Shown in pieces: positions 40,018 to 51,377 of a stretch of 64,000 bases of DNA (positions within the stretch are counted from its first letter, which is position 1; each line of letters begins with the position of its first letter). The DNA lies in contig CAWIAD010000001.1 of assembly GCA_963833985.1 (NCBI GenBank), positions 2,112,001 to 2,176,000 of the forward strand. Reading direction: 5' to 3'. Source of the DNA: an uncultured Planctomycetaceae bacterium (GTDB lineage Bacteria; Planctomycetota; Planctomycetia; Isosphaerales; Isosphaeraceae). The position numbers and the translations under genes are program-made. The notes beneath the pieces are model-generated. The model worked only from the letters and a program-made list of their open reading frames with translations, did no database searches and was not told the DNA's origin.

Positions 40018-41880
40018 TCACGCCATCACCGGATCGAGAACGATGCCCGCGGGCATCGGCTCGGTCTGGGGCAGATAATCGTCGGGGACGCCCGGTACGC
40101 TGTACTCGTAAGGGGCGTGGTACACAGTCGGAATCTTGGCGAAGTTGTAATGCGGGGGCGGCGACGAGATCGACCACTCCAGCGTGTTGGCGTGCCAGGG
40201 GTTGAGCGGCGCCTTGGGACCGATGAAGAGGCTGCTGATAAAGTTGTACGCGAAGATGAGCTGGGTGAGCCCCAGCCCGAACGCGCTGTAGGTCATGAAG
40301 GCGTTCATGCCCATGATGCCCGCGCCCTGAAGATACGGGTAGATTGTCGGATCGGCAATCCGCCGCGGGTGGCCGTGCATGCCGACGATGTGCATCAGGA
40401 AGAAGGTGCCGTTGAAGAAGATGAACGAGAGCAGGAAGTGGATGAGCCCCAGCCGCTCGTTCATCATCCGGCCGAACATCTTCGGGAACCAGTAGTAGAT
40501 CGCGGCGAAGATGCCGAAGGTGCTGCCGCCGAAGAGGACGTAGTGGATATGGCCCACGATGAAGTACGTGTCGTGAATATGCATGTCGACGGGCGTCGCG
40601 GCCATGAAGATGCCCGACAGGCCGCCGATGATGAACATGGCCACGAACGCCATGGCGTTGAGCATGGCCGCGGTGTACTGGATGCGCCCGCCCCACATGG
40701 TTCCCAGCCAGTTGAACACCTTGATGGCCGACGGTAGCGCGATCATCATCGTCGAGAGCATGAAGGTGGCACCCAGCGCGGGGTTCATGCCCGACTGGAA
40801 CATGTGGTGCCCCCAGACGATGAAGCCCAGGCCCGCGATACCGGCAATGGCCAGCACCATGGGCTTGTAGCCGAAGAGCGGCTTGCGGGAGAAGGTGGCG
40901 ATGATGTCCGAGACCATGCCCATCGCCGGCAAGATCATGACGTAAACGGCCGGGTGCGAGTAGAACCAGAAGAGATGCTGGAAGAGCAGGGGACCGCCGC
41001 CGCCGGTCACGGGGGGGGCGTTCGCCACCGTCCAGCCTATCGGGCTGAAGAAGTTGGTTCCGGCCAGCCGGTCAAGCGTCTGCATGATCAGCGCCGAGGT
41101 CAGTACGGGTAGGGCGAAGGCCTGGAGGATGGCGGTGATGAACATGGCCCACACCGTCATGGGCATGCGGAACATCTTCATGCCGGGCGCCCGCAGCATG
41201 ACGATGGTGGTGATGTAGTTGATCGACCCCATGAGCGACGAGATGCCGGCGAAGAGCAACGCCAGCAGCCAGAACGTCTGCCCGTTCAAGGACCCCGGCG
41301 TCGACCAGCGGGCAATCGAGAGGATCGGGTAACTGGTCCAGCCGGCCTCGGGCGCACCTCCCTCCACCAGAAAGGAATAGGTGATCATTACGAACGCCGG
41401 CCACATGAACCAGTACGAGAACATGTTCAGCCGCGGGAAGGCCATGTCGCGGGCGCCGATCATGAGCGGGATCAGGAAGTTGCCGAACGCACCCGTCAAG
41501 AGCGGGATGATCACGAAGAAAATCATGATCGTCGCGTGCATCGTGAACAGCTTGTTGTAGAACTCCGGAGGCATCTGGTAGCCCAGTGAGGGGCTTGACC
41601 AGAGCGCCTGGCTGAGAATCGGTATCGGCTTCCAGGGCCAGGCCAGCTGCCAGCGAATGGCCATCGCCAGCAGGCCGCCCAGGACGAAGAAGATCAGCCC
41701 GGAGAACAGGAACTGCAGACCGATGATTTTATGATCATGCGAAAAAACATACTTGAAGATGAAGTTCGAGGGAGCCGGATGAATGTGGTCGTCGCCGTGG
41801 CCGTGGTCGGATTCGTGACCGTGCGAGGCCGCCACGGCTCCGGAGCCATTGCCGATCGCTGCCGAGTTCATGCCTGTCAC
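40018..41880 (-). CDS. ctaD: Cytochrome c oxidase subunit I (A2 type)
   Basis: DHKIIG, TMHATIM, FWFYSHPAVY, WGHHMF, GHIHYV, PRR. Confidence 0.96.
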   Translation of the reverse strand: MTGMNSAAIGNGSGAVAASHGHESDHGHGDDHIHPAPSNFIFKYVFSHDHKIIGLQFLFSGLIFFVLGGLLAMAIRWQLAWPWKPIPILSQALWSSPSLGYQMPPEFYNKLFTMHATIMIFFVIIPLLTGAFGNFLIPLMIGARDMAFPRLNMFSYWFMWPAFVMITYSFLVEGGAPEAGWTSYPILSIARWSTPGSLNGQTFWLLALLFAGISSLMGSINYITTIVMLRAPGMKMFRMPMTVWAMFITAILQAFALPVLTSALIMQTLDRLAGTNFFSPIGWTVANAPPVTGGGGPLLFQHLFWFYSHPAVYVMILPAMGMVSDIIATFSRKPLFGYKPMVLAIAGIAGLGFIVWGHHMFQSGMNPALGATFMLSTMMIALPSAIKVFNWLGTMWGGRIQYTAAMLNAMAFVAMFIIGGLSGIFMAATPVDMHIHDTYFIVGHIHYVLFGGSTFGIFAAIYYWFPKMFGRMMNERLGLIHFLLSFIFFNGTFFLMHIVGMHGHPRRIADPTIYPYLQGAGIMGMNAFMTYSAFGLGLTQLIFAYNFISSLFIGPKAPLNPWHANTLEWSISSPPPHYNFAKIPTVYHAPYEYSVPGVPDDYLPQTEPMPAGIVLDPVMA

Positions 41881-42695
41881 CTTTCCTGTGAGTCCGTGAC
41901 CATGGTGAGCTGACTACGGTTCTGTTCCGCGAGTTTCTCGTCAACCCATTTCTGGAATTCTTCTTCGGTCTCGTGGACCGTCACATTCGCGCGCATCTTG
42001 TAGTGCCCCCACCCGCACAGCTCCGCACAGGCGAGCTCGAACTTGCCGGCGGTGTCCGAGTCGAACCAGACCGGAATTGTCAGTCCCGGGACCGCGTCCT
42101 GCTTGATGCGCATTTGCGGCAGGAAGAAGGAGTGGATCACGTCGGATGACTTCAGGTAAATCAGTGCCGTCCGGTTCTTGACGAAATGGAGGTCGTTGAC
42201 GGTGAACAGATCATCGCGAGTGTTCAGCTTGCCGTCGGGGCCCGGATAGCGCATCACCCACTGGAACTGACGGCCGGTGATCTCGGCCAGGGGCGGCACC
42301 TTCGGTGCGGCGCTGCGGAACTTGATGCTGGCCCAGGTCCCCATCTGGTAGAGGGCGATGAACACGAGGATGGCAGCCGGGATAATGGTCCAGATAACTT
42401 CCAGCCGCTGACTCCCATGAAAGTAGAGAGCCTGCCGGACGGGCTTGCCGTTCTCGTCCTTCCTGTCCGCATATCGATAACTCGCCCACACCAGCACGAT
42501 TTGCGTACCGATGAAGACCAAACCCGTGATGACGAGAATGATGACGAAGAGGCTGTCGATATCCCGGCCGAAGGTAGAGACGACAGGGTGGCCGGTGGGA
42601 TTGGGCAGCCACCATTCCGGGGCGAAGGGGGCGTAGAGGAACGTCCCCACGCTGAAGATGGCGGCCAGGGCGAACAGGATGCTCCAGTAACGCAC
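41877..42695 (-). CDS. ctaC: Cytochrome c oxidase subunit II
   Basis: LEVIWTIIP, QFQW, DVIHSF, CuA motif CAELCGWGHYKM. Confidence 0.95.
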   Translation of the reverse strand: MRYWSILFALAAIFSVGTFLYAPFAPEWWLPNPTGHPVVSTFGRDIDSLFVIILVITGLVFIGTQIVLVWASYRYADRKDENGKPVRQALYFHGSQRLEVIWTIIPAAILVFIALYQMGTWASIKFRSAAPKVPPLAEITGRQFQWVMRYPGPDGKLNTRDDLFTVNDLHFVKNRTALIYLKSSDVIHSFFLPQMRIKQDAVPGLTIPVWFDSDTAGKFELACAELCGWGHYKMRANVTVHETEEEFQKWVDEKLAEQNRSQLTMVTDSQER

Positions 42696-42775
42696 GGAAA
42701 TAGGCTCCCCTCATCGGCTGGATATTGACCAGACTGCAATGCGATTCGCGGCCGGGCGCCGGCTTCCCGGGCGAC

Positions 42776-44050
42776 CTACCGCGTGGCCATGACCGGCATC
42801 TCGGCAGCCCCGGGAGCGGGCGCCTGAGTGAGCAATTCCGGCTCGTAGGGCAGGGCCAGGACGAAGTTCACAAGGTCCCAGACCTGCTTCTCGTTGATCA
42901 ATCCCGGATAGTGGGACGGCATCTGGGCACCCGTGATGCCCTTGGCGATCCGCCAGTAAATATCGAGGGGCCGGCGGCCTCCCTTGTAGACCCCGCGATT
43001 CAGGTTCGCCGGTCGCAGGGGATTGCCCCAGTCGTCAAGCTTCTGGCCCCACAGGTCCTTGGTCTTCTGATCGAGCTGCGCGATCCGCTCTTCGCGCTCG
43101 CTGGGGTTGCCGCTGAAGACCACGAAGTTGAAGACGTTCTGGCTGACGAAGCTCTGGCCGTCGCCCCGGGCCAGCGTGCCGTGGCAGTCGGTGCAAACGA
43201 GCTTTGCTTCCTTGACGCGTCCCAGGAAAAGCTCACGGCCGCGCAGAATGCTCTCACGCGTTGACGGCGTGCGCGGGGTTGTGGGGTTCATCACCAGCCG
43301 CTGAGCGGTCTTCCACTTGTTGATCACGGCGTCCACGGCCTCGTGGCCGACGTCCAGCGACAGCGTGTTCACGTCGTTCTCGTCCGAGGTCGCACCGATA
43401 TCGATGAGCTCCAGTTCGGTCTCGCCGCGGATGCTCAAGAAAATGACGTAATCCACGACCTGCGCGATCTCGTCGTCCGTCAGCAAGGCCTCGAACGCCG
43501 GCATCGAGGTGCCGTGCAGACCATTCTTCACCGTGCGAAGCAGGTCGTCGCGGGCCGGCCGGGCACCGTTCGGTGTGGACGTGAACTTGAAGAGCCCCCT
43601 GCGATAATCGCGGGGAGTTGGATACAAAAATGCCGACGTGGGACCGTCCCCAGCCCCGGAAACACCATGGCAGTGCAGACAGTTGCGGCGGTAGAGGCCG
43701 TAACCTCCGGGGACCGTGGCGCCATCCTTGGTGACGTTGCGGGCCACGCTCTCGCCGACTTTCTGGTAATTGCCCAGCCGGGCACCACCGCCAGTCAGTA
43801 GAACGCCCATTCCCTCCGGCACGGTGATCCGGGTGGGATTCTCCCCGAACAGCTTCGACAGCACCGTGCGGACCTTGTCTTGTAGCTTCGGTTTTCCAGC
43901 AAGGCTGGTCTTTCCCTTGACCTCCCTGGTCAGGGCGTCGTTTTCCACGTACTTCATGGGTCCCATGAGAACGCGATCGGAACAGCCGGCGAACGCAAGA
44001 AGGAGGGAGCAAGAGCCGATACAAACCAAACGACGACACCACACGATCAC
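42776..44050 (-). CDS. Di-heme cytochrome c lipoprotein
   Basis: Lipobox FAGC, CLHCH and CTDCH heme motifs, SMP/QMP Met ligands; GTG start after GGGGAGGA. Confidence 0.88.
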   Translation of the reverse strand: MIVWCRRLVCIGSCSLLLAFAGCSDRVLMGPMKYVENDALTREVKGKTSLAGKPKLQDKVRTVLSKLFGENPTRITVPEGMGVLLTGGGARLGNYQKVGESVARNVTKDGATVPGGYGLYRRNCLHCHGVSGAGDGPTSAFLYPTPRDYRRGLFKFTSTPNGARPARDDLLRTVKNGLHGTSMPAFEALLTDDEIAQVVDYVIFLSIRGETELELIDIGATSDENDVNTLSLDVGHEAVDAVINKWKTAQRLVMNPTTPRTPSTRESILRGRELFLGRVKEAKLVCTDCHGTLARGDGQSFVSQNVFNFVVFSGNPSEREERIAQLDQKTKDLWGQKLDDWGNPLRPANLNRGVYKGGRRPLDIYWRIAKGITGAQMPSHYPGLINEKQVWDLVNFVLALPYEPELLTQAPAPGAAEMPVMATR

Positions 44051-44465
44051 GCGATCATCCTCCCCACGACAGGTGCAATCACAGCCCGCCAGAAGCCAGC
44101 GGTGACCCATCACCAGAGGGCCAGTATCAGAGGTCGATCTCGAAGATCCTAGATGGCAATCAAGGTGGCGGGATGCCTCGCAGCAGCGTCCAGCCGGCCC
44201 GATCTCGTTGTGGTCATCCGAGCGGAAGTCAGTGATGACCAAAGTGTGAGGGTATTTTGAGATCGGCGCATCACGCCGTCAAGGCAGCGCACGGTACCAC
44301 CAGGGATGTTATCCTAATCGCCCCTGCCGAAGGATACAAGGCACGCGAAGTTTTCATAGAATTCGCAAAAAACAAAAATTATGACGCGATCAAAATTTCG
44401 CGATACTACCTGAGGGTCGAGTCTTTCCTGCCGCTGGCCGATCGATCAGAAATGTGCGAATCACC

Positions 44466-45298
44466 ATGCCCACGATCATACTGACGGACCGGGCGCTGTC
44501 GGCGACCGCCGTACCATCCGTGCCCGGAGGCAGGGCGGCCGCAGGCGAGGCCCCGCGCCGCCGCCCCTCCTACTGGGCCAGCACCAGGCGGCCGCTGCCG
44601 TCGCTGGTCCTGGTTCTTCCACTCATGCTCGCGTACGAGCTTGGCGTACTCTGGCAGGGAGGAACGGCCTCGACCGCCATTCGCACCGGCGCCGATGCCT
44701 GGATGCGCCACGTCCTGGCGTCGCTGGGGCTTGTGGATCAGTGGCTGCCTCCGCTGGCCCTGGTCGTGATCCTGCTGGGCTGGCAGGCGGTGAGCCCGCG
44801 CGACTGGAAATTCTCACCGTCGATCTTGCCGGTGATGGTCCTGGAAAGCTGCCTGCTCGCCGTGGCACTCGTCGGCTTGAGCCGGCTCATCGACCTCGGA
44901 TTCGCCGTGCTCGAGCCCGATGCCCCGCCGGCCCTCGCCGTGGCCCTGACCCCCGGGCGCATGAGCCTGACGCCGCTGATCGGCTACCTGGTGCGGGAGT
45001 CTACGAGGAAACCCTGTTCCGACTGGTCCTGGTGCCCGTCCTGTACGGGACCCTCCGATTGCTGCAAACCCCCAGAATCCTCTCCAGCGCACTTGCCGTG
45101 ACAGGCTCCGCGCTGCTCTTCTCGCTGGCCCACCACGCAGGCATGCCCGGGGAAACATTCACCTGGTTCGCCTTCGTCTTCCGCTGGATGGCCGGCGTGT
45201 TCTTCGCCTGGGTCTTCGTCATCCGGGGCTTTGGCATCGCGGTCTGCACACACACCGCGTACGATATCCTGGTCGGCTGGATGGGATGGCACCTCTGA
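44466..45298 (+). CDS. CPBP (CAAX/Abi) intramembrane glutamic protease, 1-nt frameshift near 44990
   Basis: GAGVYEETLFR, LFSLAHH and HTAYD motifs in ORF 44741..45298; N-terminal TM helices in ORF 44454..45101. Confidence 0.82.
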
Positions 45299-45365
45299 GC
45301 CGGGGAGTGGTGCAGGGCAAGCGCATCGTAATCCGTGACGGCCAGAAGAGTAAGCTTGATCCTCC

Positions 45366-46283
45366 ATGACGTCTGATCCTCGCACGATCCGGCTGGTGCA
45401 CATTTCCGACATCCATTTCTGGCAGTACGCCTTCAACCCCTTTCTGCTCTTCAACAAACGACTGCTGGGCATGGCCTCCCTGCTGGTCCGCAGAGCACGG
45501 AAGTTCCGCCTGGAGCGGGTCCAGGAGGTCGTCGAGCGCGTGCTCTCGCTGGCTCCCGACCATATCCTCATCACCGGCGACCTGACGACCACGGCGCTGC
45601 CTGTGGAGTTCCGGGCCGCCCGCCAGGCGCTTGATCCCTGGCTGCGAGACCCGTCCAGAGCGACCGTACTGCCGGGAAATCATGATCGATACACGCACGG
45701 TGCTCTCAGGAAACGGTTGTTCGAGCAGTATTTCGGCGAGTTCGCCCCGGAGCCGGCCTACCCCTGGCTGCGCTTCCTGGCGCCCGACACGGCCATTCTC
45801 GGTCTGGACCCGACTCGACCCGCCCTGACAGCCCGGGGCAGGTTACCGCATCGGCAACTGGAGCGAAGCAAGGAGTTGATTGCGGGGCAGGGCTCGCGCA
45901 TCCGCCGCCTGATCGTCGCCTGCCATTATCCCGTCGAGGTTCCGCGGCCATACCGGCAGGACCTGGCCAGCAAGAACCTGGTCAACTCCGAGGAGCTCGG
46001 GCGCTGGCTGGCCGCGGTAGGCCCCCACCTGTATTGCTGCGGACATGTCCATGCCGCCTGGGCCTTCGTTCCCGAGAAGATCCCCGGCCAGCTCTGTCTG
46101 AACCCCGGTGCGCCGCTGCTGCACGACCGCACGGGCAAGCGTCCTCCCGGCTTCTTCGAGATCCTCATCGAAGACGGTGACGTGACTGTGCACCAGCACG
46201 CATGGCTCCCGCAGGGCTGGAGAACCCTCGCGCTTCAGCACGCCAGGGGATTCTTCCATCCCGCGACGGTGCCGGCCCGCTGA
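45366..46283 (+). CDS. Calcineurin-like metallophosphoesterase
   Basis: SDIH, TGDL, PGNHD, CHYP, GHVH. Confidence 0.9.
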   Translation: MTSDPRTIRLVHISDIHFWQYAFNPFLLFNKRLLGMASLLVRRARKFRLERVQEVVERVLSLAPDHILITGDLTTTALPVEFRAARQALDPWLRDPSRATVLPGNHDRYTHGALRKRLFEQYFGEFAPEPAYPWLRFLAPDTAILGLDPTRPALTARGRLPHRQLERSKELIAGQGSRIRRLIVACHYPVEVPRPYRQDLASKNLVNSEELGRWLAAVGPHLYCCGHVHAAWAFVPEKIPGQLCLNPGAPLLHDRTGKRPPGFFEILIEDGDVTVHQHAWLPQGWRTLALQHARGFFHPATVPAR

Positions 46284-46314
46284 CCGTGGCCGCGGAACCT
46301 CCCTCTCGCCCGGT

Positions 46315-48174
46315 TCATTCGAACCGGACCTCGTCAATCTGGAACGTGAACGGTCCCGCCTCGGCGCTGCCTCCAAAGAAGAGGCCCAGCAAACCGCTGC
46401 CGTCACAGCCGCTGAACTCGTCGAGGTCGAAGCGGTATTCCTTCCAGTTCTTGCCCGGCACGAAGGGCTTCATGCTGGGCTCGAACCCGTTGGCCTGGAA
46501 GAAGAGCATGACCGTCGCGGCCTTGCCGTCGCCCTTCGCCCAGAAGCGAATGGCCTTCCTGGCCGAGAGGTTCGCGGGAGCCATGCTTCGGGGCCCCGGT
46601 GAAAACAGGACGCCCGCCCAGCGCATGGGAGGATCACCCGCGACCGTTCCGCTGATTTGCAGCGAGCCCTTGCCGCCCTGCGCGCCCTCGGGCACGAGCT
46701 TGAACCGGGCCTTCGATTTGCCTCCCATCATCGCATCGGTCGAGATGCTCCACCCGCCGCCGAACCGCGCCGACGCTGTTCCATCCTCGAAATCGCTCAC
46801 CAGCCCGGATTCCGAGCCTTTGGGCGGCGCAGCCTTGCGGAGCGCGGCCAGCCCTTCCGTTGCGCGGCGTACGGCACCACGGCGCGCCTCACGATCGACG
46901 GTCTGCCCTCCTTTCCAGACCCCCGCGATGGCGCGCGTGGCCTTGATATCCGTGCAGGGGTCGCCCACGACCAGCACCAGGTCCGCCCGCATCCCCGGCG
47001 CAATTCGACCCCGATCGCCAAGGCCGAAGATCCGCGCCGGTGTGCTCGTCGCTGCCGCCAGTGCCTGGATCGGCGTCAAACCGGCAGCGACCAGGAGCTC
47101 CAGTTCCCCGTGCAGGCTCGCGCCGTGCGCTGTGCCCGGGTTGGTGGCGTCGGTCCCCGCGAGCACGGGCACACCCGCCTCGAAGAGTTTTCGGGTCGCG
47201 TCGTCGGGAATTCGGCGCGGCAGGCGCGAGAGCGCCTGCTCCGAGATGGGAAATCGTGATCTCAGGGCGTGCCGGTCCACCGGGTTCAGGTAGGGCGCCA
47301 GCTCCGGATCCGCCGCGAGCGAGGCTCCATTGCCGTCCCCCGCAATGTTCTTGAGTACGGTGAGTGTGGGAATGACAAAAGCCTTGCTGGTGACGGCAAG
47401 CTCCAGCAGACCGGCGTCGACCGGCTGATCGACGAACAGGTGGACCAGGCCGTCCGCACGCTCCTCCAGCGCCTGGCGGGCGAACTCGCGGGCCAGTACG
47501 TGGACCACGGCCAGCTTCTTGTGGGCGTGAGCCTCCGCGATCACCGCGCGGAGCGTGGCGCGATCGATGGTCGGCCACGCCAGCCCGATCTCCTTGCCGT
47601 CGTCATAGACGATCTTGATGAAATCCGAACCCTCGGCAAGCCGGTCCGCCACGAATTGCACGGCATCGCCGGGCCGGGCGATGGTGGGAATGCGCAAGCT
47701 ATACTCTGTTCCGTGACCGCCGGCGGCCGTCACCAGCGTGCCGGCGGAAACCAGGTCCGCCCTGTCAGGCGCCTTGCCCGTCTGCTGCTCGGCCCGCATC
47801 GTCGCCGCGAACTGGTGGCTCGTGAACATGTCGATCCCGGTGGTCACGCCAAAGACGACAGACTGTTTCAGATCCGCTACGGAGGTGGCGTGCACGTGGG
47901 AGTCGATCAGCCCTGGCAGCAGTGTCTTTCCGTCGCCCGCGATGACCGCCGCGCCAGCGGGCACCGTCAGATCGCTGCCGATTTGCACAATCCGGCCATC
48001 GGCGATGACGACATCGACTCGGGGGATCCGCTTCAGTCCGTCGAAGACCGAGACGTTGCGAAAGTAAACCGTCTCCGCGGAACGGCCAACGCATGGCACA
48101 AGCAGCAGCACCGCTGCCACCGCCAGCCTGCCAGGCCGGCACCATGGTTTCTCTGCCTGGTCGCAAAAGCGCAT
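46315..48174 (-). CDS. Secreted amidohydrolase with C-terminal CIA30/carbohydrate-binding-like domain
   Basis: Signal peptide, LPGLIDSHVH, FIKI, AGTDA, G.RADLV; C-terminal STD.MMGG.S..IRFWAKGDG. Confidence 0.85.
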   Translation of the reverse strand: MRFCDQAEKPWCRPGRLAVAAVLLLVPCVGRSAETVYFRNVSVFDGLKRIPRVDVVIADGRIVQIGSDLTVPAGAAVIAGDGKTLLPGLIDSHVHATSVADLKQSVVFGVTTGIDMFTSHQFAATMRAEQQTGKAPDRADLVSAGTLVTAAGGHGTEYSLRIPTIARPGDAVQFVADRLAEGSDFIKIVYDDGKEIGLAWPTIDRATLRAVIAEAHAHKKLAVVHVLAREFARQALEERADGLVHLFVDQPVDAGLLELAVTSKAFVIPTLTVLKNIAGDGNGASLAADPELAPYLNPVDRHALRSRFPISEQALSRLPRRIPDDATRKLFEAGVPVLAGTDATNPGTAHGASLHGELELLVAAGLTPIQALAAATSTPARIFGLGDRGRIAPGMRADLVLVVGDPCTDIKATRAIAGVWKGGQTVDREARRGAVRRATEGLAALRKAAPPKGSESGLVSDFEDGTASARFGGGWSISTDAMMGGKSKARFKLVPEGAQGGKGSLQISGTVAGDPPMRWAGVLFSPGPRSMAPANLSARKAIRFWAKGDGKAATVMLFFQANGFEPSMKPFVPGKNWKEYRFDLDEFSGCDGSGLLGLFFGGSAEAGPFTFQIDEVRFE

Positions 48175-48315
48175 GGGTGATTTCTCCCGGTCCTCACTGG
48201 GCGAACAGAATGTCCGACCGAGAACGTTCGTGTGGAACAAGGAGATATTCAGCGGCTTGCTCATGCCTGCCGGCACGGGGCAGGGAGGTTTGACGAGAGC
48301 GGACTGGCAGAGGCA

Positions 48316-48759
48316 CTAATGTTTGCGGACGCGCAGCATGGCGCGGCTGCGGGCGATCGCCTTCTGCTTGTCAGCGAACTCATGGTCGGTGCGGGCCAGC
48401 TTTTCCTGGGCCTGCTCGAGCTCGCGCGTGGCCGCGGAAGCATCGATGGCGTCGGCGGCCAGTGCCCGGTTGGTCAGCACGGTGACCACGTTGTCGCGAA
48501 CCTGCGCGAAGCCGCCATCAACGTAGTAGCGACGGGTCTGGTCAGCAACTCGGGTGCGAAGCTCGCCATAGCCCAGGCGGCCGATCAGGGGAGCCCGGCC
48601 CGGAAGGACGCCGAGCTCGCCGTCGTAGAGGGGAAGCGACACGAAGTCCGCCCGATCATCGAGCAGCGTTTTCTCAGGGGTCACCACGACGACGTGCAGC
48701 GCTTTTTGAACCGCGCCGGCCGACCGCTGCTCCGCACTCGATTCCGTCTGGGCTGCCAT
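48316..48759 (-). CDS. atpC: ATP synthase epsilon subunit
   Basis: VVTPE, GELGVLPG, GGFAQV; last gene of the operon. Confidence 0.95.
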   Translation of the reverse strand: MAAQTESSAEQRSAGAVQKALHVVVVTPEKTLLDDRADFVSLPLYDGELGVLPGRAPLIGRLGYGELRTRVADQTRRYYVDGGFAQVRDNVVTVLTNRALAADAIDASAATRELEQAQEKLARTDHEFADKQKAIARSRAMLRVRKH

Positions 48760-48835
48760 GGCAACTCACTCTCTTCCGTCTCGAACCAGCCGATCATCTG
48801 TCCCGGAACAGGGGCGACACCACCCGATCTCGATC

Positions 48836-50305
<1,470 letters not shown>

Positions 50306-50365
50306 TCAGGTAGGTCAGGTTGTCCGGTTTCCACAGGAAAAGCAGAGGATCGTCGGCCGGCGAGG

Positions 50366-51298
50366 TCACGAGAGGGCGGCCGCGGCTCCAACAATATCGG
50401 CCAGCTCTCGGGTGATCTGCGACTGGCGCGCACGGTTGTACTGCCGTGTCAAGGACTTGATCAGGTCGTCGGCATTCTGAGTGGCCCCGCGCATGGCCAC
50501 CATCCGCCCGATCTGCTCGCTCACGGCGGCGTCCAGGAAGCATTTGAAGAGCCGCACCTTGAAGGAGACCGGCACGATCTCCTCGAGGATCCCCCGCGCG
50601 TCGGGCAGGAACTCGTAAGGGACACGCGCCTGCTCGCCCCGGCGTTCCGGTGCTGCCGCCTCGCCGGAGGCACTCTGAACATGGCGCACCGATGGCTCGA
50701 CGGCGCCGATGTCCGCGGTGATGATGGGCAGCAGGGTCGCCGCCGTGGCCACCTGTCGAGCCGCGCTCTCGAACTTCGTGTACACCACGTCGAGACGGTC
50801 AATCTGGCCCTGAAGGTACATGGAGATGTACCGCTCCGCCAGCACTTCCACCTCATGAAACTGAGGACGGTCCTCGAACTGCGTGTAGGTTGCCTCCATG
50901 GGCACCCGGCGATACCGCATGTAGTTGATGCCGCGCTTGCCGGAGATTTCGATCCCGACCGCGGTGCCCTCGGTCTGGAGGTCCTGGTAGTTGCGGAAGG
51001 CGAGCCGAAGCACGTTGCCGTTGTAGCCGCCGGCCAGTCCGCGGTTGCTTGTCAAGACCAGCAGCAGCGCCCGCTTCACTGGGTCGCGGCGCTCGAGCAG
51101 CGGATGCGTCACGCTGCGCGAGGTTTCCCCCAGGTCGGCGACCAGCTCGGCAATCTTCCTCGTGAACGCCTCGGCCTCGGTGGCTCGGTCGAGCGCCTTG
51201 CGGAACTTGGCGGTGGCAATCAGCTCCATGGTCCGCGTGATCTTGCGGATGTTCTGGACCGCCTGCCGGCGCTTGATGATCGATCGGGCCTTGGCCAT
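50366..51298 (-). CDS. atpG: ATP synthase gamma subunit
   Basis: KITRTMELIA, RGLAGGYN, RMVAM..AT.NA, YNRARQSQITREL. Confidence 0.97.
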   Translation of the reverse strand: MAKARSIIKRRQAVQNIRKITRTMELIATAKFRKALDRATEAEAFTRKIAELVADLGETSRSVTHPLLERRDPVKRALLLVLTSNRGLAGGYNGNVLRLAFRNYQDLQTEGTAVGIEISGKRGINYMRYRRVPMEATYTQFEDRPQFHEVEVLAERYISMYLQGQIDRLDVVYTKFESAARQVATAATLLPIITADIGAVEPSVRHVQSASGEAAAPERRGEQARVPYEFLPDARGILEEIVPVSFKVRLFKCFLDAAVSEQIGRMVAMRGATQNADDLIKSLTRQYNRARQSQITRELADIVGAAAALS

Positions 51299-51377
51299 CG
51301 CGGATTCTCGTCTGCTCGGTCGGGATTTCGGGGTGATCGGTTACCATTTGCCGGCAGGGCGCCGACTTTTTCTTACG

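Noticed and set aside
44340..44410. FNR/CRP box upstream of the oxidase cluster
   Set aside because: AT-rich promoter-like tract, but only one ATCAA half-site matches
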